Below, one piece after another: positions 16,636 through 32,144 of a DNA stretch of 64,000 bases (position 1 is the first letter of the stretch; the number at the start of each line of letters is the position of its first letter). The notes under the pieces were generated by a model, which saw nothing but the letters and a program-made list of their open reading frames with translations, did not search any database and was not told where the DNA came from. The position numbers and the translations under genes are program-made. The DNA comes from the human T2T-CHM13v2.0 reference genome, Homo sapiens: the NCBI RefSeq assembly GCF_009914755.1, contig NC_060926.1; one strand, 5' to 3'.

Positions 16636-16685
16636 TACTGCCCTGCTATTTATACTATTATACTGCCCTGCTGTTTATACTATTA
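16636..16685. repeat. 25-bp tandem duplication TACTGCCCTGCT(A/G)TTTATACTATTA x2
   Basis: Two adjacent copies with one mismatch. Confidence 0.9.
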
Positions 16686-17442
16686 CTTCCTAAAAGGGCA
16701 TTTTCATAGTAATGGGTAAAGAAGCAGCCTGTTTTAGGTCCAAATCAGCCTGTCTCTTCGTCCTGAACCTCTGTGTTTTCTTACTGCAGGTGGTAGCCAA
16801 TGACACAAGAGGAGATTCACGTTGTCAGACCTGTTTTGTTTTGTTTTGTTTTCTTTATTCGGTCTCTAGGTATTTAATGCTGGCTTCACAGGTTTTGGAC
16901 TTGTTTCAGTGACTAGCTTTTTGTAAATCATAACACATCCTATGTATACCAAATTAATAAAGATTAATTTTGTTAGCTATTGAAAAAATCATTTCAAGAA
17001 TGAAATATGTTTTTGACCGAAGGCTAGAATTTTAAAGGTCAGAAGGCAAGAGTAACATCAGGCTTAATACCTGATATCCAAAAAAAGAAAAAAAATCAAT
17101 ACCTGATATCCCTTGATTCTGGTTTCTTAAGAATGAAGACTATAAGCTATTACAGTGATCAAATATTTCTCATAAGTTTCAGAGGAGACTAGCTTATAAA
17201 ACTGGTCTCCTATGTCAAATGTTACTACATTCTAACCATCATACATTCATCTGTGGGATATTCTGAAAATGGGGTATTTGTAGCAATTTAAGACTCTTTG
17301 TAAGATTGTTTTCTCTTGTGAAAGTGCATTCCTTCATTTATAACCAAACGTTTATTTACTGAGGCACACACCACCTGAGAGTAATTTAAATTTTTCTTAG
17401 CCTGCTTGTTGGGAACGGCCTCTCGTTTTGTCCTGTTGAAAT

Positions 17443-17628
17443 AGGAACAAGCAAACTTTTTCTAGAAAGGACCAGATAATATATATTTTTGGCTTTGAGG
17501 GCCACTTACAGTCTCTGTTGCATAGTCTTCATAGATGCCATAGTTGGCTTTTTGTTTCTTACAACCCATCAAACATGAAAAAGCCACTCTGTATTCTGCA
17601 GCAGGCCATCGTTGCGGGCACCTCCCTG
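17443..17628 (+). mobile_element. MER58-like hAT-Charlie DNA transposon fossil
   Basis: GCAAACTTTTTCTAGAAAGGACCAGATAATATATATTTTTGGCTTTGAGGGCCA resembles the MER58 5' end. Confidence 0.7.
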
Positions 17629-18817
17629 GAACAAGAGGGCTTGGGAAGATGAGCAGCGTGGTTTAGGAACGTGGCTTGACCGTTCAGAGTGGCTCACCAG
17701 GAGCCCACTGCTCCCACTCCTTTAATGTGCATGTGTATATAAATGTATATAAACATGTTTGTTGGTGTTAGGTATATATGTATGTTGGTTATAGTTATTG
17801 TAGACTGTTACAGCTTTTAAATTGTTTGTCACATTTATATGAACTAGAAGACTTTTGAGGTTCATTTTTGCACTTATGAGTCCACACACATACAGTGCTT
17901 TTACTTTTAAAATTCTCCCCAAGTGTTTGAATTTCCTTATCTCAAAAATTTTTGACCTTAAGACACAACTATACATACATTGAACTTTTAGCCTCAACAT
18001 TATTTCATATATGAAAACAAACTTTATGCTGCCTTCTTTCAAAGCCTTACAGTTGCCAGGGCTTTGGTGTGAAATGCCCCCCTCTGCTTTTCCTGAGATG
18101 AAGTACAATCTTAGTACCAGTAGCCAAGCACAAATTCCTTTTCACACATAAACTATAAAAGATGTTAAGAGTGACTTCTGTTTGGAGAGCTTAGGATTTT
18201 TTTCCTGTATCATTTTAAAATCTCTTCATACATTCCACATTGACCCCATTTCTTAAACATAGTTTGAGTCAACCTTTCTGGAGCTGCACATTTTCAGTGT
18301 TTTTTATTAAAAATCTTTTCACTTAAGAAACTATGCACCACATTTCAGTAGAAGGGCTTGAACACGTCTCTTTGTGGATTAGCTTTTCTCTCTACTTGTG
18401 TGCTGACCCTACCTTTGCTTAGTTTGGTTTGGTTTTGGAGGGATTTAACAAATGCTTAACAAACCATCCTATGGAGTAATTTCACTTACTGAAACAAACT
18501 CGACCACCAGCCACTGAGCATTTCCAGTGTTGCTCTGTATTTACACACTGGATGTTGCTCTGCAGAACCTGTCCACCCCATCATGTGATGTGGAATATCA
18601 ATTCTGCATTCATGCTAGAGCCTTCCCTTACCTGGTGGAAACAGAAATGCCATTTCAGTGAGTGAGTCGATTTTAAAACAGCTTCTGCTGTGTGAGTCTT
18701 GAAGACAGAGGTTTGCTTGGAATGCTGGTTTGCCTCACAGAATGTTGTGTCAGCAGAATTCCATTCAGAAAAGTGTACAGATGCTAATTTAATTATAAAC
18801 AAGAACTCAGGACTGTA

Positions 18818-18896
18818 TAGGTTGATGCAAAAGTAATTGAAGTTTTGCCATTTAAAAGTAATGGCAAAAACTGCAATTACTTTTGCACCAACCTAA
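18818..18896. mobile_element. MADE1 mariner-derived MITE (~80-bp palindrome)
   Basis: TAGGTTGATGCAAAAGTAATTG...CAATTACTTTTGCACCAACCTAA inverted termini flanked by TA dinucleotides. Confidence 0.93.
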
Positions 18897-21454
18897 TATT
18901 TAATTCTGACCTCTTCTCATTCTGTTTGTTCTAAATAAACACCATTAATGAGAGAAAAAATACGAGGTATGCTTTCCAGCGACTTTTTATTTAAACAACC
19001 ACAGGTATTTTTTTAATGAAGAAAGCATTATGTGTTCAAAGTAGATGTTATAGAAAAGAGCAGGTGAGGATAGTTGTTAAGGTTGGGACCATGTTAGTTT
19101 TAGAAGTTTGTGGTCCATAAACTTGGAAAATGATACCTATTTTAATTCAAAATGTGGTTATTTTGAATTTTTTATGTCTTTTCAAAAATAGGTGAGTAGC
19201 CAAGACTCCTTTGTCAGTAGGAGCATTTATTTGCATTAAATATCCCATTGTTCATTGGGAGTCTGTTCTGTTCATTGAAACCCCCTCTACACACAGCAGT
19301 CACATACAGATGAATAAGACCATTAAAAAAAAGGTTTTTTTTTTAAAATCCACCCAAAAAACTGCAATATATTTTTGCTTTTTGTTTTTCTAATTTTTTA
19401 GACTGCTGTAAGAATTTAGCCCCTACTACTCCCAAAACCACCAGCCCTCCCCAGGTTGATAAACCTTTGTTGCTTCTTAACAAATGGCAAGACTCACTAA
19501 CCTTGTACTGCCTTAAAATAAATGTGCTGTGAATGCCAGAAGTGGATTTTATGATCCTTGCTCTTAAGCTGGTAAACTTTGCTAGGGAGGCAATTGTTTC
19601 CCTCCATTTTATGAGAAATGAGATTTTTCTACCCTCTTATGAGAACTCTTGGAGGACTGAACCTGGAAGAGTGTTTAGTATGTTATCCACAAAAAAAGAA
19701 AAGCAAAAATCACTGAAAGAATAAGCCTTCTGAGAACACAAGGCCTAGCCTCTCTTTTAAAAAAAAAAAAAAAAAAAAGCTATTCTAATGACAATGCAGA
19801 AAGGATTACCTTCTTAGAAGCTTCTCAGCCAAAACCAGCCTTGAAAACATAGTGGCTTAAGAGACAGCATGGCTGCCTGGCTTGTCTGTGAGCACTGTTC
19901 CAGAACAAGCTGGGCTCAGGTAATGGCTTTCTATTGTTTGGAAAAGAAAGGGCAGAAAAAGTACGTAGTCTTTTCCAAGTTTCTATTCTGTAAACTGAAA
20001 ACATAAATTTTCCTTGTGAGCACAGTTTAAATGTGAGGACGTCTCAATATAAAATGAGTCGGAAAATATTTTTAAGGTGAAAGATCACAATAATATTTGG
20101 CCTGAATCCTCATAACTGGTATTTTTAGGCATCATTTAATATATTTTTAGACCTCCAAGTGACTTCCTCAGTAAAGTTACTTTTGTATGCCAAATGTTAT
20201 TTTTGTTTAGTGTGGAAAAAAAAAGCTGATGTCCTATCTTATACCACCTGCTTTTTGATACATCCCCAAATCCAGGGAATTAATAAAAGGAAATCATGAG
20301 ATGTGCTGATACTGGAATTAAACTAAAGACCTCATTTGGGCTTCAGGACATAGCAGCTAATGACCCCACCTCAGACACTTTTACATCCATCAAGTAACTC
20401 CCTCAGCTGTAGTAGCTCTTCAGAGACACAGAGGGAGTCAAATGGAATTGGCTTATTTTTTTCTTTATTTTTCACGGTTAGAGCTCTCAGAGAAATATAA
20501 CTTAAATTTTATTAGATTTTGGACATTTTCCAGCAGAATATTTTGGAATCAAGAATGACGTAAATGTTTTTCTGGTGTTGTCCCCCCAAACTCTTGGATT
20601 TGCAATTTACTTCACAAAATTCAGTCTGTGCATGTGTGCACACATGTACACGGCGTGTTTATCATACCTGCAGGCCAAACTCAGAAGAGGCACTGCTCAT
20701 CTGTGCGTTTGGGGGTCTGGAGCGTTTGATTTATTGGAGGCTAACTCCCTGTTCCCATTCTCCTTAGGAATGCCACATCCATTAATTTACTTGCCCTTCG
20801 TATCTTTTCCCCTCCCCAGCCCTAGCCCCCTGTGGAGTGGTAATTGCAGCCAAATGAGGGGCTCCATTTCCTGCTCAGCCCTCTTGCTGCCCAGCCTCCC
20901 TCCCTGTGTAGGTCAGGGTGATTGCATACCTGTTCTGTCACCCTTCCTTTACGTGTGGTGTTCACTAGAATTGTCCCCTTGTGGGATGCCCCTTACCTTT
21001 TCCTAATCACTTGTGTGACTCAAATAGAATTATTCAGTAGCTCCTCTAAAGGAGTACCTTACACACTTGATTAAAAGCCCAAAGAGGCTTCAGTGAATTT
21101 TTTTTCTCCTGCTTGAGCAGCATCTGCCAATTTCCCTGATTTTCCTGCTAATTATCTTCGTATTAGCCAGAATTCATTTACTGTGTTATGGTTGAAATGA
21201 GACTGAGCACTGGCTGAGGAAATAGTGGATATGGAGTGAAAGGTTTCTATGATTTGCTTGACTAGAGAGTATGTGTGCTCCATCTACGTTCCTATTAGAA
21301 ATGAGCTTTTGTTTTTAAAACAAGGGAAATCTGAGTCGAAGCCACTGGTTCTCTTCCTGCTTCTCCCAGGGCGCCATACCTAAGACAGGGCCTGTCGCAT
21401 TCTCTCAAGTACTGTCACTTTCCCTTCACTCACATTAAAAGGAGTCAAGAGCCT

Positions 21455-21672
21455 GACCTTTGGGGTGAGCCAGCAGGTTCATAGTCTGGCTCTGTCACTG
21501 GATAACTGACTGTCTTTGGGCAAGTTTTTTTTTTTAACTTTTTAAATAGTTACCTCACCTATAAAATAAGGGTAAGATGTATCCAGTAGGATTGCTATTA
21601 ATCATGGTAATATATGAAAAGGGCATCTGGAATATAATAAGTACTCAATAAGCGGTGGTGGTTTTTATTATT
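21455..21672 (+). mobile_element. MIR SINE
   Basis: GGCTCTGTCACT...CTTTGGGCAAGT...CTCACCTATAAAATAAGG core and GTACTCAATAAG...TTATTATT end. Confidence 0.7.
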
Positions 21673-22536
21673 AGGACTATTACTGATAAAACTAGAATTG
21701 TTTTTGCACTTTACAGAGTATTGGTAGACTCACATTTTTGAACTCCATTTGTATAAACAGGGAAAAGTAACATAGTATACAAATCTCCATTACTCAGTGT
21801 TTCAAGAGAACCCAAAATCAGCAGTATTCCTAGCATCAATTTGCTTTCTTTGGGCATTCCACTCAGATTTAATAATCATACTGATCTCAAGAACTGCACA
21901 AAGATGAACACACACATAAGCTCACTTTCACATAGTCAGCTTATATGTATAGAAAGTGTTTATTACATCTTAGAGTATGGTATAATAGATTATATTGTAG
22001 GTAGATGAAAATAGATCCCTTAGACCGACTCATTTTGCGGGAGATTTCTCCAAAATCTAAAATGTAACTTGTAAAATCTAAATATTACAATTTTGCAAGT
22101 ATCTACCATTGTGGGGTAGGTAGGTTAGCCAGTGATTTGGATTTGGGGCTCAGTTATTTTTGATGAGACCATTATTGAACCTTTTAAAATATTGTTGAAT
22201 TCCCAGTTATTATTTCCTAGACAAATGTATCAGAAATTGAAGGTAGAACGAGTTTTAACTAACAAAATATACAATCTAATTTGTGAGAACATAAAAATTC
22301 TGATAATTTATGAGATGACATTAAATCAGTCAGGCCCATTGGTTTCATAAAATTTTAAGTCTGGCTCTAGATGTCCTAATTTCTAAACCAGGTTTTTTCT
22401 TTATAAAAAAGAACGTAAAAAGTATTTAATATATGGAAGAAGTTGTGTGCTTAATTGTTTTGCCCAAGTTTCTACAGTTGGGGTTGGTTGTGTCTGGTAA
22501 TTAGATACAATTACATGTTAGATAAGGTCTCAGTAA

Positions 22537-22764
<228 letters not shown>

Positions 22765-25207
22765 TGAAAGTAAGTTCACGCTTATGGAAAGATTAGCAGT
22801 AGGAGCTAACACAAAGGGTCAAAGTGATGTTATTCCTCATGAATGGACCCTTTACATCTAATTGTTGCAGCTTCACGTCGTGATGCTGTAGATCAAAAAT
22901 TGTACAAGTACTGTACTAGTTTCTCAGTCTCAATTGTAAAACCTAGGGGTTTGTTCTTAGTGATGAAAGAAGCCATTGCGTCCAAGGTAGGGGAACAGTT
23001 TAACTCCATCTCCTGCGTTTAGGACATCTTTTTTACTGGCCGGGAGTTGATATATCTGTAAGAGACCTTCAGCTACTTCAACTTACCTCTCCCAGCAGGA
23101 GTCACTATAGTACAAGAAACTGTCGCTTAGATGAGAATTTCAAAAATAAAAGAAGAAAAAATAGTTTCAAAAAAGGGAAAAATTACAGTTTTGCCACCTA
23201 CGTTGAACACTACATTGAAGATGAGCTCCTCACTGGAATTGGCGAGGCAGTGGCATAACTGTTCGCTTCTTCATGCAGAGCCTTTCCATTTCAAAAGAAC
23301 TTCAGTGGCGTAAACACCGTTTGTGCTGTGTCCCCAGCCTCGCTTCTCTTCTTCCCACAAATTGAGGCTTTCAGTTAGTTGGACCTATGAGCCTACATCA
23401 GAGAACATGGTACATTCATATCAAAGAGAGCAACTACATTTTGAAAGGTTTAAAATTGTGACTGAAACGCACAGCCATGGAAATTCTCAGCATAAGGATG
23501 AAGCATCCAATATCAAGGTATTATGAGAACTTAGATCATGTAATGGAAGCAAGCAGTTGTCTTTGCAATGCAAAACTACTTTATTTCACAAAACTTCTTC
23601 ATTTCCAAATCTTATCTGTGCTCTCCACAAAGGGTAAGACTGCAACCTTAGAATAAAATAATTTGCAAAAAGGTGAATATATAAAAATATTCCCTTTTAA
23701 TGCTCTAAAAGAATTAGATTCATCTGCTTCCCAGGTGAATGCAGGAACAAACTAGATTAATCAAAAAGCTGCTATTGACTAGGAGAAACCAAGTTTCCAT
23801 CTTTTAGATCACATAATCCAGAGTTACCATATAATTTTTCCTCCTGATTCATTGGGAGTGGATGAAATGTTGATGATAGCTGAAACTGATGGGAAAGAGC
23901 TGCCAATTTAAGAAATGAAAAGGAGTTATATGCAAGAATGTGCCTTACTCATTGTTTCACAGGAGCTGTTCTGTTTTAATTAAAAGTGATAGTAATTCCT
24001 CATGTGCTATTAAATAAGATCTTACACACAGGATGACTGATATTGTCGTCATATGAGGAAACACTTGTTTCTGTTGTATTTCTTTTGCCAGTAAGATGAT
24101 TAGAGATCTGGTTCTGGGTTTACAAATGAAAGCAAAGAAAATTACTGACCTTGTGTAGACTCTGGAACCAAAACATTCAGTGTAATCTTTTCCCTCTGCA
24201 CTATTCCAAGATAAACTAGGAGAAAGGTTGTTTTTTTTTTTTTTTCATTTTGTTTTGTTTTTGTTTTTTTAGCTAACTGGACCCTCCAAATATGTATAAG
24301 ACAGAATAATTAATATTTTTAAATAATATCTAAAGGGTGGCAGAATAGATATAAATTTAAAGCACTTTTTAAAACATTGGAGTATCCGTGAAGGATTTTT
24401 AAAGCTGAAGAAAAAAATGAATTTAGAAGCTGCCTGGATAGTTGACTTGAGGATTGGAATCACCCATGAATAACCTTCAGAACCTCTTCAACATTATACA
24501 TGCAGAAGCAGTCTTTTTTCTCCCCAGAGATCCCAGAAAGTAGAGTTTACTATTTTATTCATGATATGTTCTGATGATCAGCTAATAACTGATGAAGACT
24601 ACTCAAATACTTCCCACACTGTATTCATTAAATATAATAGTTAGTTGAAAAAAGCCTACATGGTGAAATACATTTTCTCAACTTTCTAATGAACTTCAGT
24701 AAAATTGGGTATTACAAGGATATTTATCTGCTATTCTCATTCTGTACAATATTTATTTGTCAAAAATATGGAAATTAAGTTTCAATGTAAGTTTCAACAT
24801 CATCATTTAAGAAGGTATCTTCATTTCACCTCACAAATGGAGGTATCCATTTCCAAAATAAATTCTGTTGACATAGCATAAAGATAATTCACAAGGGTTT
24901 ATTTCATTTCATAACAAAATTGAGGCTTTGACTTAAACATAATTTACAAAATCCCTTCAACTTCTAATTCTTTTACTGTATTTTTACTATTGAATATTTT
25001 GGGTTATGGGTTGAAAAGAGAAAGTCGTATTTTTAACAGGCCTCATTTAAATAAAGAAAGACATGTTCAAGTGTTCAGGAAGACATTTTAAATGTTATCT
25101 AGTCATCTATAATATCTATATCCAAGTATTAGAGTTGTCTTTTTTTTAACTTTTTATTTTGAAATAATTATAGATTCACAGGAGTTTGCAAAAATATTAC
25201 AAAGAAT

Positions 25208-25641
<434 letters not shown>

Positions 25642-27048
25642 TAGACCTTATTCATTTTCACCATTTAAGATTACTTTTTGCATCTATAGAAAAATCAATA
25701 CTTTCTAAAAATTATATCTGAAGATCTTTGCTTCTAATCCCTTAATAATACAATAAGATGTTTAAACAGTCATATTTCTAATATTAAATCCTATTAAAAC
25801 TAGATTCATAAAGCACTGCTAAACTTTACAAAGTAAACAATGAACCTTTATAGAAGGCATGAAATTAAGAGGGCATTACTCATAAATTTTTTAAATGGAA
25901 CAGATGGATATATTTGCTTTTGTCATTTCCATGGTACTCAATCAGTGATCATTCAGAATGTTCTGGTAGCATAATTTCTATTTTTATAAATACTTAAATT
26001 CTTACATATGTGTTTGTTCTAAATAACAAAACTATTTGACTAACAGAAATCTTCATAAGACTTAATCCACTGTTCTTGACTATACTTTAGAAAAAGATAA
26101 AAACTTGACTTAAAAAAAATTTTACATCTTATGTAGAAAATGGTGCAAAAATGAATATGCTCTTTTAAAAATGTCATGCCTAATTTAGTGATTGGGAAAT
26201 ATTTTAATTTGAAACTTTTATTTAAAAATATTTGTTTTAAGTAGTATTGCAAACCTGGTGCTAAGATCTGGTTATTTCAGAATGTTTTCATGTATTAGGA
26301 ATGCCCACAGTTATGTAATCAGGACTTAAATAATTTGAATTCTATTTTAAAGTACTTTTTAACGCACCAAAATAATCCATTGCATAAAGTGTCTGAGTCT
26401 AGATTTAACTGATATTTGGCCATGTCAGATTATTTAAAATAATTGTGTTTCCTTGTGTAATGACTTCGATGTGGTATCTAAACAGTTTTTCAGTAAGAAA
26501 AGATCACAGAAATGATCATCCTCCATATTCAGCCAGCTCACATTCAGTTCTCAGGAAAATGTTGAGACAAAGTTGTACTGAAAAATGTTACCCTTGACGA
26601 AAACTCATTATTTTTAGTTACAGAGTACATTCAAGTGCATAATTGCAATTATAGTCTACTTTTATTAATTCCCAGCCCCCAACCATTTTATATTTAAAAA
26701 AGTAAACACCTGAATTTTTTTTTAACCTTCATCAAAAGGTCTGCAGTTTACAGTAAAATAATAGTACAGTTTAATACATCTTGTCCTATTCTGTGAAATC
26801 ACAAGACTAGAAGTTTGAAAGTGCTTAGCACGGCCTTTAGTTTGGAGAGAGTTGTTTTGTTTTTCAACTTTGTTTTGATTTTAGGATTATCTGTAATTCA
26901 GAATACAGGTTGTCAGTTTTCTTGTCAAGGCAACTATGTTTCTAGCTTCTCATAGCCTCCCCCAAATCCAGCCAAGTTCAGTTTTAAGTTTTTTATTTGC
27001 AAAACTTCTTTGGCAAACAGAACTGTGGAATAAGTCTTAATACTTATT

Positions 27049-27771
27049 ACAGCAGTTCTCAACTCCATCACACCCAATGCTCATTTTATAACAACTATGT
27101 TAACAACCCCTTACACTCCCTTGAGGTGAAATTCAAAGGTAACACAACTACCTACACACATTATATTGTAAGTTAACATAATGCTCTAACTGTAATATAA
27201 AAGAGAAATAAATGAAAGATGTTTTCCAGTGTACAAATGCTCAAGCATGACCACACCAGAGGAGATTCTGGAACAGTTTTAGGGGATAAATAGAACTCAG
27301 CAGCTACAAATGCACCCGGATGGAGTTGGGTTGTATTAACGACTCCAGTACTGGGAGTAGCACTGTTGTTGTTATGTCAGAAATCATGATAAAGTTATGA
27401 ATCATGCAAGAATCAATAAGCCTTTGATTTATTTTATTTGGTAGATGCATTCTGCAGAGTTCAGTGTATCTTAAAACTGTTCAAAAGAATACTTTGTGTT
27501 TATTTGTAAGTTAGAGTTAGATTCTAGGCCCAGAAAATTATAAACTTCATTGTTTGCTTGTTTTACTTACATGAATGTAAATGGGGCATTTGAAATTTTG
27601 TGGGATACAGGGGAGTTCCTGGTTATGCAGGATAGTATGGTATATTGAATTGTCTAGCATTCCTGACCTGTTATACTTAAAAGTCGGTTGCAACCCACCA
27701 GTCTCTAAAACAAACACAAAATGCTTCTGTGGAATAGAGGCACCACAAGTTCTATGAGAAGCACCACTGTA
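27049..27771. mobile_element. Possible hAT-Charlie-type DNA transposon fossil
   Basis: Begins CAGCAGTTCTCAAC and ends TGAGAAGCACCACTG (Charlie-like termini); interior not identified. Confidence 0.4.
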
Positions 27772-28363
27772 GGATGTTAGAACAGGACCATCCTCACATT
27801 ATAATTTTTGTTGTATCGGGTCCTTAAAGTATATGGGTTTGACCAAAACAAAGCCGTAATCAGTCATACGTTCAGAATGTCTTATTTACCACTGAGAAAT
27901 GCAGAGTTTTTAAAATTATCTCTGTGATCTGTGCTCAGATGTTTTCAGAGTTGTATACCTACTGCCAAAGCTAAACTGGTTTCTAGTTACCTGGCCTATT
28001 TACATATATCGCAAGTTGCCTATAAACATACAGTGACATATGGTTTTATATTTAATATTTAAGTTCCGACTTGCCCCCTCCTACTGTAGTTCTGTTTAGA
28101 TATTTTATGTTTTGTTGCATTAGTTGTACTGAACCTGACTTCTCCGTTCACTACAGTTCCCTTTCAAGAAAAAGTATGAGTCTTTAGAGATTACAGATCT
28201 AAACATAAATTGTCACTTGTCACATATTAATCAATGGAAGCTTTAAATTTCATGCCTTATGTTCTTAAAATAACTCTATTATGACCCTTCAGATACGGTG
28301 TTTGCTGACATTAATGAATAAATCCCTGTTTTATTTTGTTTTGTTTCCCTCTCTCTATTGTAG

Positions 28364-28465
<102 letters not shown>

Positions 28466-28724
28466 TAGAATTCTGAAATTTCTCTTGTTTGGCTTTCAGT
28501 TTTTAAAACTTAGGGTAATAAAATTCATTACAAAGCAAAGCTGGATTGATGCTCCTATGAGCCCCAGATTGACTGTTAAGGTTTTCTGTTGACATTCTGC
28601 TTAATCTTGATCTCTAGAGACTCATTATTAACTCATTCTCATAGCACGCTTTGACATTCTGAATTCAGTATAAATAATTTTATTATTTTGTTTTTAATTT
28701 TTAGTAATAACTATTGCACCTATA

Positions 28725-28973
28725 TGCTATTGAGATGGCTAAGACACAGTACTTAGAATATGCCAGGCACTGTTCCAAACACTTTATGTATGTTAACTCA
28801 TTTATTCCTCAGAATATCTCTATGAAATAGATGCCTCAATTATCCTCATTTAACAGATGAAGAACCAAGACATACAGAGGTTACATCATGAGCTCAAGGC
28901 CACACAGCTAGTAGGTAGTAGGGCTGGACATGAACTAGGTCTGGCACAGTCCCTGCTCTTAACCACTGCACTA
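28725..28973 (-). mobile_element. MIR SINE
   Basis: TATGCCAGGCACTGTTC...CCTCATTTAACAGATGAAGAA...CAAGGCCACACAGCTAGTA...CTCTTAACCACTG. Confidence 0.85.
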
Positions 28974-29179
28974 TTTTGCTTTTCTAGCCAAAGAGCAGAC
29001 AAAAGTAGCACTTCTAGAGCATCTTGATATGTACTGCCTGTCCAGCTTCAGTGATGTTTTTGAGCTCCACAATAGAGTTGGAGAAATTCCAAAGCTTAGG
29101 CTTTCATGTGGTTATCACATTTGAGCATGAATGGCCCATATCCTTTCCCTGCAAAGATCATTTTAAAAGACTCTCGCAT

Positions 29180-29388
29180 ACATATGGAAATGTTTACAGA
29201 TGAAATGATAGGCTAGTCTTGGATTTGCTTCAAAACAAAGTGAAGGGAAATGGATGATGGTATAGATTAAAATGGATTGGCCATGATAATTTTTGAAGCT
29301 GAGTGATAATATATAGAGGTTCATTATATTGTTATCTCTACTTTTGTATATTTTGGAATTTTCCATAATGAGTTAAAAAATAAAAAAT
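29180..29388 (+). mobile_element. L1ME-like 3' end
   Basis: GAAGCTGAGTGATAAT...GGTTCATTATATT...TACTTTTGTATATTTTGGAATTTTCCATAAT plus A-rich tail. Confidence 0.7.
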
Positions 29389-29389
29389 A

Positions 29390-29724
<335 letters not shown>

Positions 29725-31780
29725 TTAAAGATTAGAATAAGAGAGCAGTTACACTCAAGAAAGGAACAAAAGTTTTATAGTTTAAATTTGTCCAGTTTTT
29801 TGTGGAAATAGAGGTATTAAAACTGATCTTTTAAACAGAGACTAAAAAGAAAGACTAAAGAATCAAATTTCTTACTGAATGTAAACCCTGTTCCAATCTG
29901 ACCCCTAAGAAGAATGGCCATAAAATATACTCTGTTCTTCTACAATATGTTTCTTTAATGGGAATAACTAACTCAGAAGCAATTGGTGAGAATGGAGACT
30001 GGGGACTATGTTAGTATAACACAGAATTCATGTTGATGGTTCATAATGTTTCCCAACACATTGTTCTGCACTGAGCACAAAGTGTAATAATGCAGCCAAC
30101 AAGGCAGCAAGGGACCAGTGCCATGAAGCCTGTTCACTCCACGTGCTCCTTCTTGGCTTGGCTTGGCTTAACTTGGAAGAATTTGTTGCTGGTTCTCCCA
30201 GCAACAAACTGTGCTGCGTACATGTTGCAAAATCTTTGCTTTCACTCCTGGTCTTTAGACTTCCCTTACCCTTTTTTTTAAGTAGAGTCCTAGATATTCC
30301 TAGTATTATTTTTACTAAAGAATAATCTTTTTAAACTGTGTTAGTATTTTATTTAGGATTGTTGTTCTTTTTATTAGTATTTGATGACACAGTTGCATGG
30401 TTTTTGAATGGTCTGCCCTACTCCTTTTTAGTACATGATTTTGTAGAATGGGGATTTTTAAGCATTAAGAGAAATGCCTACACTTTGCAACTAGTTCAGT
30501 AGAAACTATAAGCACGTATTTTCAAGCTTGCTTTAAAACATTTATTTTATACTGTTAAAATGGTATCATACTACCCCTTCCCTACCCTTCTTACTAGTTA
30601 TATGTCCATTGTGATGTAGAAGTCATTTTGGACATATGTTTCTCTCTGATACATAAATAGAAATTTTGCCTGAAATTATTTGCATTGAATTTGATTATTG
30701 CAGCTAGATCTCTATAATTGTGATTAGATTTCAGTATGCAAAGCAAATTTTGAGTTTCTTAATTGAGCACTCAGTACCACATTAATTAAAATTCTAAGAA
30801 TGTACATTTATGGTACATCCACCTTACACAACAAGAACATTAGGCCCAGTCTTGAAGCTGTGCAGCTGGCATGTCTTTAAATGTAGTAAGCTAACCCTTC
30901 TTTAGGACCAAAGAAATCTTGCATTCCAGCCACATGAAGTATAAAGGAAGTTTAAGATTGATTTTTATTTTCTAAATTCATGTCATTTTATTCTGATTAA
31001 ACAGTGACATGTCCCCTGTATTTGATTTGGTTATATACCTGGCCACGGCCCACATTTCCAACTCTCTCACTGCTGATCTCCTCTAGACACACCTTACATA
31101 CTTTCATTCCCAAACAAGTTCTCTTCCTTCTTTACTTTCTCCTCTGAATACTTCATCATCAAGTCTTCCTTGGTTATTCTATTTATCCCACCCCAGGCTT
31201 AGCACTTTTCCTAAACCACAGTCTGGGCCTTACCTGGTACAGCTGTATTTTTAAAGACATATTTTCTTCCTAGATGGACGGCAAGCTTTATAAGGGTGTA
31301 GAGGTAATTGTTACATGTATTTGCCTATTGCACATTACATCAATTTGGAAAGTGGATGCCAAATTTGTTGTTGCCTGAAGTAGCCAGACCACAGTAAATT
31401 TCCTGAGTGGTACATCCATTTTCTGGCTAGAAATACGTAGCAATTCAACCAGAAGTTAGTGCCAGTCCTATGCACATATGTAGAGCAATAAAGTACTTTC
31501 TTTTTTTTTTTTTTTAAGTCCTTAAATTTTTAGAGTATTAACAAACATCTAGATTAAAATATTCAGCCCACCTATAGAACTGCTGTTCTTTTGCAATGAG
31601 GGTCGGGGGCGGGGTGGTGATGTATGCAAGAGAAAGCTGATATTAGGTAAATGTCAAGTCCTTCTAGTGGCTTACAACAGGTGCTCAAAATATTTTATTG
31701 AAGAGAAGGAGAAAAAAAGGAAAGGTGGGTATTGGTTCAGGTCCTAAAATGACATTTCTAAATAGGGAAAAAAATAAGTT

Positions 31781-32144
<364 letters not shown>

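Noticed and set aside
17722-18108. 128-aa minus-strand ORF
   Set aside because: Low-complexity AT/TG-rich sequence, no recognisable domain or splice support; probably an old repeat or chance.
20575-21006. 143-aa plus-strand ORF
   Set aside because: Leu/Pro/Ser/Cys-rich composition reflects CT- and TG-rich DNA; no homology recognised.
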